Source: Vicugna vicugna
Lineage: Eukaryota
Reading direction: 5' to 3'
Assembly: GCA_013265495.1 (NCBI GenBank)
Contig: MU058441.1
Span: 310,001 to 374,000 of the forward strand
DNA: 64,000 bases
Positions 57,871 to 64,000 of the stretch are shown in pieces; within the stretch, counting starts at the first letter, position 1; every line of letters begins with the position of its first letter. Both the position numbers and the translations under genes were made by a program. A model generated the notes under the pieces. That model was not told the origin of the DNA and made no database searches. It worked only from the letters and a program-made list of their open reading frames with translations.

Positions 57871-59593
57871 GTATTGACTGACTTTTATTTTAAAATTTTC
57901 TGTAGTTTGTATATACCATGTAAACCTTATCTAGTATATAGATACAACATTTTGGAAGGAACTTTTAAAAAGAGTGAGCATATAGTCTAGCCTCTACTTT
58001 TTAGGTCGAAGGAAATAAATTACTCAAGACAAAACAGTTAGTGGCTTAGGTGGAAGTAAAATCAGATTTTCCTGGAGTTACTCTTGTGTTCTTTCTACAA
58101 TCCCCATGTGCTTCACAAGTTGTTCTGTGCTTTTAAGCTGAAAATAAAGAAATTAATAATACTTTAATTTTTATTTGTGACTTGTTTAAAATATTTCCAG
58201 AGCTACTTCTGTCTTCCTAACAGCTTCCCCTGCCATTTCTGCTTTTCCTGCTTATTAGTATAAAGACAGAGGGCAAGAATGAAGAGAACCAGAGGAATGA
58301 TGATAATGCAGAATGAAGATAATAATAGCTATGGTTTATGGTGGCTATACTGTATTCTGGGCATTTAATGATATGTATTCATTTATTTAACTCTGAGAGA
58401 GTTATTGTCATCCTTGCTTTCTAGATGAGAAACAAAGGCACAAAGAGGGTAAATAAATAATTTTATGAAGTAGAAGAACCAGGATTTGAATTTGACTCCT
58501 ATTCTTTTGATCACTATCTTATTCTGCCTCTCAGTATATGTCATATTGGCACAATAAGTTTAAGGAAATAGCCGTCATTTGGACTTTAAAATTGTAATTT
58601 AGACCTGCTTTGAAGTTATATTTCAAGCCTAGATAGTTTGACTCCAGAGTCCACATCGTTTTCCCAGCCTTTCATCATACAGCCATCACAGAGTCTATAT
58701 TCTCCTGTAGTGAAAGTGTGGATGGACCAACTAGAGTATGGTATAGTGGCAAGATAGCTCTGGACTGAGAGTACTGAGACATTGTACTCTTTCACTGTAC
58801 AATGTGCAAACTTGTGGGACCTCTTCTTCCACTTAGAGCCCTTCTAGCTTTAGAGTTTATAAATTCTGACTTTTGACTAGACTTGTGATCCCAGGTCTTT
58901 CATCTGGAGGGTTTGGAGTAGTATCTGTTCTCATTTAAATTCATTATTATGACTCTAAGTCATTCTCAAAATGATTCACAGAAAATATGCATTACAGACA
59001 CCTGGAGTTCTTGTTGAAACTGCAGCAATTTGGCTTTCAAAGCATATCTCTGGAAATAAAATCTATGAGAGCGGGGTCTAGGAACTGGTATGTTAAACAT
59101 AATTCCAGATAAATTTTGGTCAAACTAAAGTTTGAGAACCATGGCCTTAAAGGGTGTGCTCCCATGGTCCAGAGAGTGGTTAGGGTTTTGGAAAGCATGG
59201 GTCAGATTTTGGTTCTCCCTTCCCTCTGGTGTACTTGACGGGTCCCCTCCAGTTGATATGGTGATAAGCAAGCACAGGAGGAAAGTAACAGAACAAAAAG
59301 TAGATTTGGAAAGGTTTGGGGGATGAAGGAGGAGATGGGAATTACTCAAGACAAATTAAAGCAGTCTTAACACAGAACAAGAAAGGAGTTTGTAGTGGCA
59401 AGGAGGGCTATTTGGGATCTTAAGAATGTAAAAATAAATCCAAATATATAGAAATATATCTGTAGTAAATATAAAATTAATGTATAGAAGTAGACAAATT
59501 CAAGTTGTGTATTATTATATACTAGTAATTATTCTATAACTAGATTTGACTATTTTCCTATTATGTAATAATTTATTGACATATATAATTTAG

Positions 59594-59722
59594 GCTGTTT
59601 GCCTGTACCATTGTTCAATCAGAAAAAGAGGAATAGACAGCCATTAACATCCAATCCACTTAAAAATGATCCAGGTATCAGTATTGCTTCTGACAGTTAT
59701 GATTTCCCTCCTCTACCAACAG
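59594..59722 (+). CDS. SPATA22: SPATA22 second coding exon
   Basis: GCLPVPLFNQKKRNRQPLTSNPLKNDPGISIASDSYDFPPLPT; tttag/gtaag; 129 nt. Confidence 0.95.
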
Positions 59723-61455
59723 GTAAGAAAACAAGTTAAAATTTTCAGAAAATAAGAAATAAGACTCTAGAAAATTACCATTTCTATTTTATTATAACAG
59801 AAGTAGAAACTTTATTATTTTTCTTCTTTCCACTATCCAATTAAAAGGATTACTTTGCTCTTTCTGAGCAGACTAGTGTAGTAGTTTGAGTTTCCTTGTC
59901 TACAAGGATGTCTCAGCATTTAAATGGAGTATCTTAAATATGGAGTCTTTGTTCTAATGAAGCAGTAATCTATATTGTAAAGATTTTTTTCTTTTTCAAA
60001 ACATGTAGGTATTGTGACTTAAACATTTGGTGGTAAAGAATGGAGAAACTCAAATTACTTCAGGAATAGGGATAAGTGTGAATGGGAACATGGGAAAAGT
60101 GGAAGGAAGTAGACCTTAGGAAGGGCAGAAGCCCAGGAATTTCTCTGCTTGGCCGTGGTCTTTTTTCTCTAATGTCATTTTTGCCTTTCTTCATTTTTTT
60201 GGTTTTTTACTCCTTCATCCAGTTGACTTCCTTATAGCTTCGACTAGCGCATGAGCGAAATTGCCCTTGCTGGCTGTTAACATAACCTTTTAGTGCTAGT
60301 TCTCAGAGCCCATCATTGGCTGCCCTCTGTTTCTCTTGATTCAAATTCTAGAGACAGCCTCTGCTTTGGCTCATATTTTTAAGTAAGATCATTGAGATCC
60401 TGATTTAGCTTTATGGGTAGGCCTCTTACCTCTGAAACAATTAGCTGTGGTGGTTTGTGCTGGGAGGTCTTAATGTTTGCTTACTTTTTACTTCTCTCTG
60501 GAAGAAGGCATGGACAGGCAGCTATTCTGAAATATACTTGGTACATGCTGGTTATATACATTTTCACTTTGGGGGCACACTTAAAAAAGCTTTACTAGGA
60601 TTTATGCAACTAGAATTTTAAAATCCCTTTATATGTCAATACTTGTATTGTTAATTTTATCCAGTGTGTACCCATAGACCTTAACCTACTTTCAAATCTA
60701 TAATTATTTTTGTTTTCTTCCACACTTGAGGAATTGGAAGTATGAATTTCATATTATTCTCATTTTTATGGAGAACATAAAAAATTCACATGGATATGCA
60801 TTTAGGCATTTATCTGATCATCTTTTGCCATTTAAAAAACTCTCCACTATTTAAACTACTTTTTATAAGTAGCATGAATGATGGATGATCTTGAAAAATA
60901 ACAATGTGAGTTGCTCCTTAGGGAAGTGTTTGTCCTCCTGAAGTACTGAACTCAAGCTCTGACCAGGATTACTGTCTGTCAGAGATATAATAGGATTCTT
61001 ATATTGGGTAAGAAATAGGACTAGGCCACTGTTTTCCACATTTTTGTCTTGATCCATTAGTAGGTTGGGAAATAATCAGTCTTTTAAAAAAAGAAATAAA
61101 AGAGAATAAAGTAGAGTAGAATACAGTAGAGAATATCAGAATGTATGACACATAGTAAGAATAAGAATTGATGAAAAACACAAGGTGCTATACCGGGATT
61201 GATTGTGGAAGAGATACAGATTAAACTATTACCTTGCTTAAAATACAACAGGGAAGACATTCAAGAAAAGTAATAAGGCAGGCTGTGATAAATTCCACAA
61301 CAAGGTACTGTTGAAGAACATGTCCATATATTTAAGTTCTTTTCACCTTCAAGCTTTCAACTGCCTCCCCCCTGCAAATTAAATAAATATGAAAGAATTA
61401 TTTCCAAAAAATGCTGCCTACCTTACTCTTACCTGTGTTACTTATATCTTTTGAG

Positions 61456-61516
61456 ATTGGGCCTGGGAAGCTATGAATCCAGAGTTGCCTCCTTTAACGA
61501 AAACAATGAACACAGG
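61456..61516 (+). CDS. SPATA22: SPATA22 third coding exon
   Basis: DWAWEAMNPELPPLTKTMNTG; ttgag/gtatg; 61 nt. Confidence 0.92.
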
Positions 61517-61654
61517 GTATGTGGAAAAATTTATACCAATGAATCTGTATGTCTGTTACTGACTGATGTTATTCTTCTATGTATGTTTTATATTTTATAT
61601 TTATGAATCTGGGAACAAATTATTAATAGTTAATAAGACATATTTCCTTGAAAG

Positions 61655-61747
61655 GCAAATATATTCAATTTCTCATCCCCTGAGAAGTCAAGAGTTTGTG
61701 TCGAAATCTATTCAATCAAATACTGAAAGAAGTAAGAGTGGTGGGAG
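61655..61747 (+). CDS. SPATA22: SPATA22 fourth coding exon
   Basis: QIYSISHPLRSQEFVSKSIQSNTERSKSGG; gaaag/gtgag; 93 nt; phase consistent with neighbours. Confidence 0.9.
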
Positions 61748-63508
61748 GTGAGTCTACTTAAGATTTCTTCTTATTCTGTTCCTTCTCCTTCCCATCCCCT
61801 CCTTTACTCCCTTCTCTCCTCCTCTAATCTCTTCTCTTTTCTTAGACAGAATTGCATTTAGAAAATTTCTATAATTAATAACTATAGTGATATTACTATG
61901 TTCTATAGAAGTTAAGAGAACATGCCATATAAAAATTTAAAAATAGGTAATTTAGGCAGTGATTATGTTTTCAAAGACTACTCTGTGTTATAATGAAGTT
62001 TCTGCCAGTATTTATCACCATGAATTTATGATTTTGCTGTGGATCATTAATGATCTAATTGATAATAGGTAAAGAGTCAGGAATAAGTATATCTAAATAT
62101 TGAATATATTTAGAAATTGAAAACCAAATAGAATGCTCAGTCTTACCCTAGTACTTAGAATGCCCAATACCCTTATTTACTCAGAATTGTTCTCTTACAG
62201 CGCCTAATGTTTTTCAACAATTCTTCTTATATGGATCTATTGTGAAAGTTAAATAATGTAAGATAATGTATAATTTAAGTGAGTAACTCATAGAAGGAGC
62301 TGGCAGGACCCCCCTCCAATATTCATATAACTAAATTTTGGATCTTTTACATCCCCTTTACCTTGTTCAGGATGGCCAAAGATATGAGGAGTCTTCTCTT
62401 TCATACTTGGCCTCTGGGACACCGTCTTGACACTCCTATCCTTGTTGCAGTTCTTCTGAGCCACAGTTGAATGTTGTACTTCTGCCGTATTAAGATCTTT
62501 AAGCTCCTTGGTAATTGCTGGACAATGTTAGCTTACATGCTCTGAAACCAGAGGCTTTCATGTCCTCACAGGCATTTGATGAAGGAGAAGGCAATTTTAG
62601 TTTCTTTCTTTTATAATTACCATGTTGTCTTTCCTTTTGTATCACTGTGCTTTTCCACGCCAGCATCTTCCTTTTTCTAGATGATTTTGGCTTTTCCAGA
62701 GAAGAGCATTCTTCTAATTTCCAAAAGACATTTCTCACTCCTCCTGTAATAGAGTTTAGCAGACAATTTACAGTCTTGCCCATTTTTAGACATGTTACTT
62801 TTATTATTTTCAGAATGTTATAACAATAGTTATTTTAAAAGATTACAGTATGAATTTTTTTAAAAATTCTAAAATATCTATATATCAACTTTTGACTGAC
62901 TTCTTTATATTTTACTACAACTTAATGAGCTGTTACTTGCTTTCCTACTACTCCTAAGTAGGACTTTTAAGCTACAGAGTAAAAGTACAAATAGGTATCC
63001 ACATTGCCTCTATTTTCCTTGTGACTTAAAATCACTGACATTATAATATCAAGCCATAGCTTAACTTTTGAAAATTTTACATTGTAGAAAATGAAAAAAA
63101 ATAAATGTATGAAGAAGGAGGCAAAGTTTTCAAAATTTTACTACTCTGAGACAACCACTGTCATACAAAGGCTTGTATAGTTTAAAAACATACTCTCTGG
63201 CACTGGACTTTGAGTTGGGAGACTAGGATTCCCTGGGTTTTGAATTGTCAGTAACTAGTTATATGACCTTGGGCAAGTTACTTCCTCATTAAGGCTCAGT
63301 TTCCTCACTTGAAAAGAGAGTATAATGTATTGTAGGGTTGTTGTGATTGTATATTTGGAATTTCTAACTAGTCAGTAGTTACAAAGTAGTTTATAAACCA
63401 CAAATTACCATATAAATGCACATTTTCAATAATAATTTTCTTTTAATTAAGAAAAATATATAGAAACAACGCTATTACTAATTTTTTTTTAAAAAAAAAC
63501 TATTGCAG

Positions 63509-63851
63509 CTACAAAGATGGCAACACAAATACCAGTTTTAAAACTTGGGATAGAAATGATTTTAAGCCTCAGTGCAAAAGAACAAATAAAATGGCAGATA
63601 ATGGAATAAATTCTTATCCAGTGAATTTGGGAGCTCAACAACAGAAGCAATTAAGAGTATCTGAATCGACTAACTTATCTCACCAAAGAGAAAGTAAAGT
63701 ACTCACACAAACACATTCATCAAAAATATCTGGCTCCACAATGAGAAGTCTAGACAAAAACAGTGCATTACAGGCATTTAAGCCCAATTTTCAACAAAAT
63801 CAATTTAAGAAAAAGAAGTTGGATGATTTTCCAGCAGAAAACACTCTGAAG
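63509..63851 (+). CDS. SPATA22: SPATA22 fifth coding exon; gene continues beyond the window
   Basis: SYKDGNTNTSFKTWDRNDFKPQCKRTNK...KNSALQAFKPNFQQNQFKKKKLDDFPAENTLK; tgcag/gtaaa; 343 nt. Confidence 0.95.
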
Positions 63852-64000
63852 GTAAACTTTTAAATATTAATTATTTACATTTTGTATTTACATTAAAAAT
63901 GTGTGATATATTTAGAAAGTTACAGAGATAAGAGCATTTGAAATTATTCCCATGGCCTATGTTATTTGATTAGCACAAATACCCAGTTCCCTTCCTCACA

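Overview
Mammalian genomic DNA, probably camelid judging from a tRNA-derived SINE at ~3030-3152. It holds three recognisable genes: the 3' two-thirds of TRPV3 (+ strand, exons from ankyrin repeats to the stop codon), the complete six-exon ASPA coding sequence (- strand, 942 nt, 313 aa, convergent with TRPV3), and the 5' part of the meiotic gene SPATA22 (+ strand, divergent from ASPA, CpG-island promoter). The region has five tandem duplications (215, 220, 234, ~2372 and ~6709 bp periods) and a 59-N gap; most look like uncollapsed haplotypes or gap-filling artefacts, but they duplicate TRPV3 exons 14 and 16-18 and part of ASPA exon 6. Most notable: a GT>AT change at a TRPV3 splice donor followed by an in-frame TAA, a truncated but more conserved second copy of ASPA exon 6, and a tailless 5'-half tRNA-Gly retrocopy with 17-bp target-site duplications. 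I found no evidence of a wholly new biological system. Exon and residue numbers follow the human genes as I recall them and were not checked against a database.
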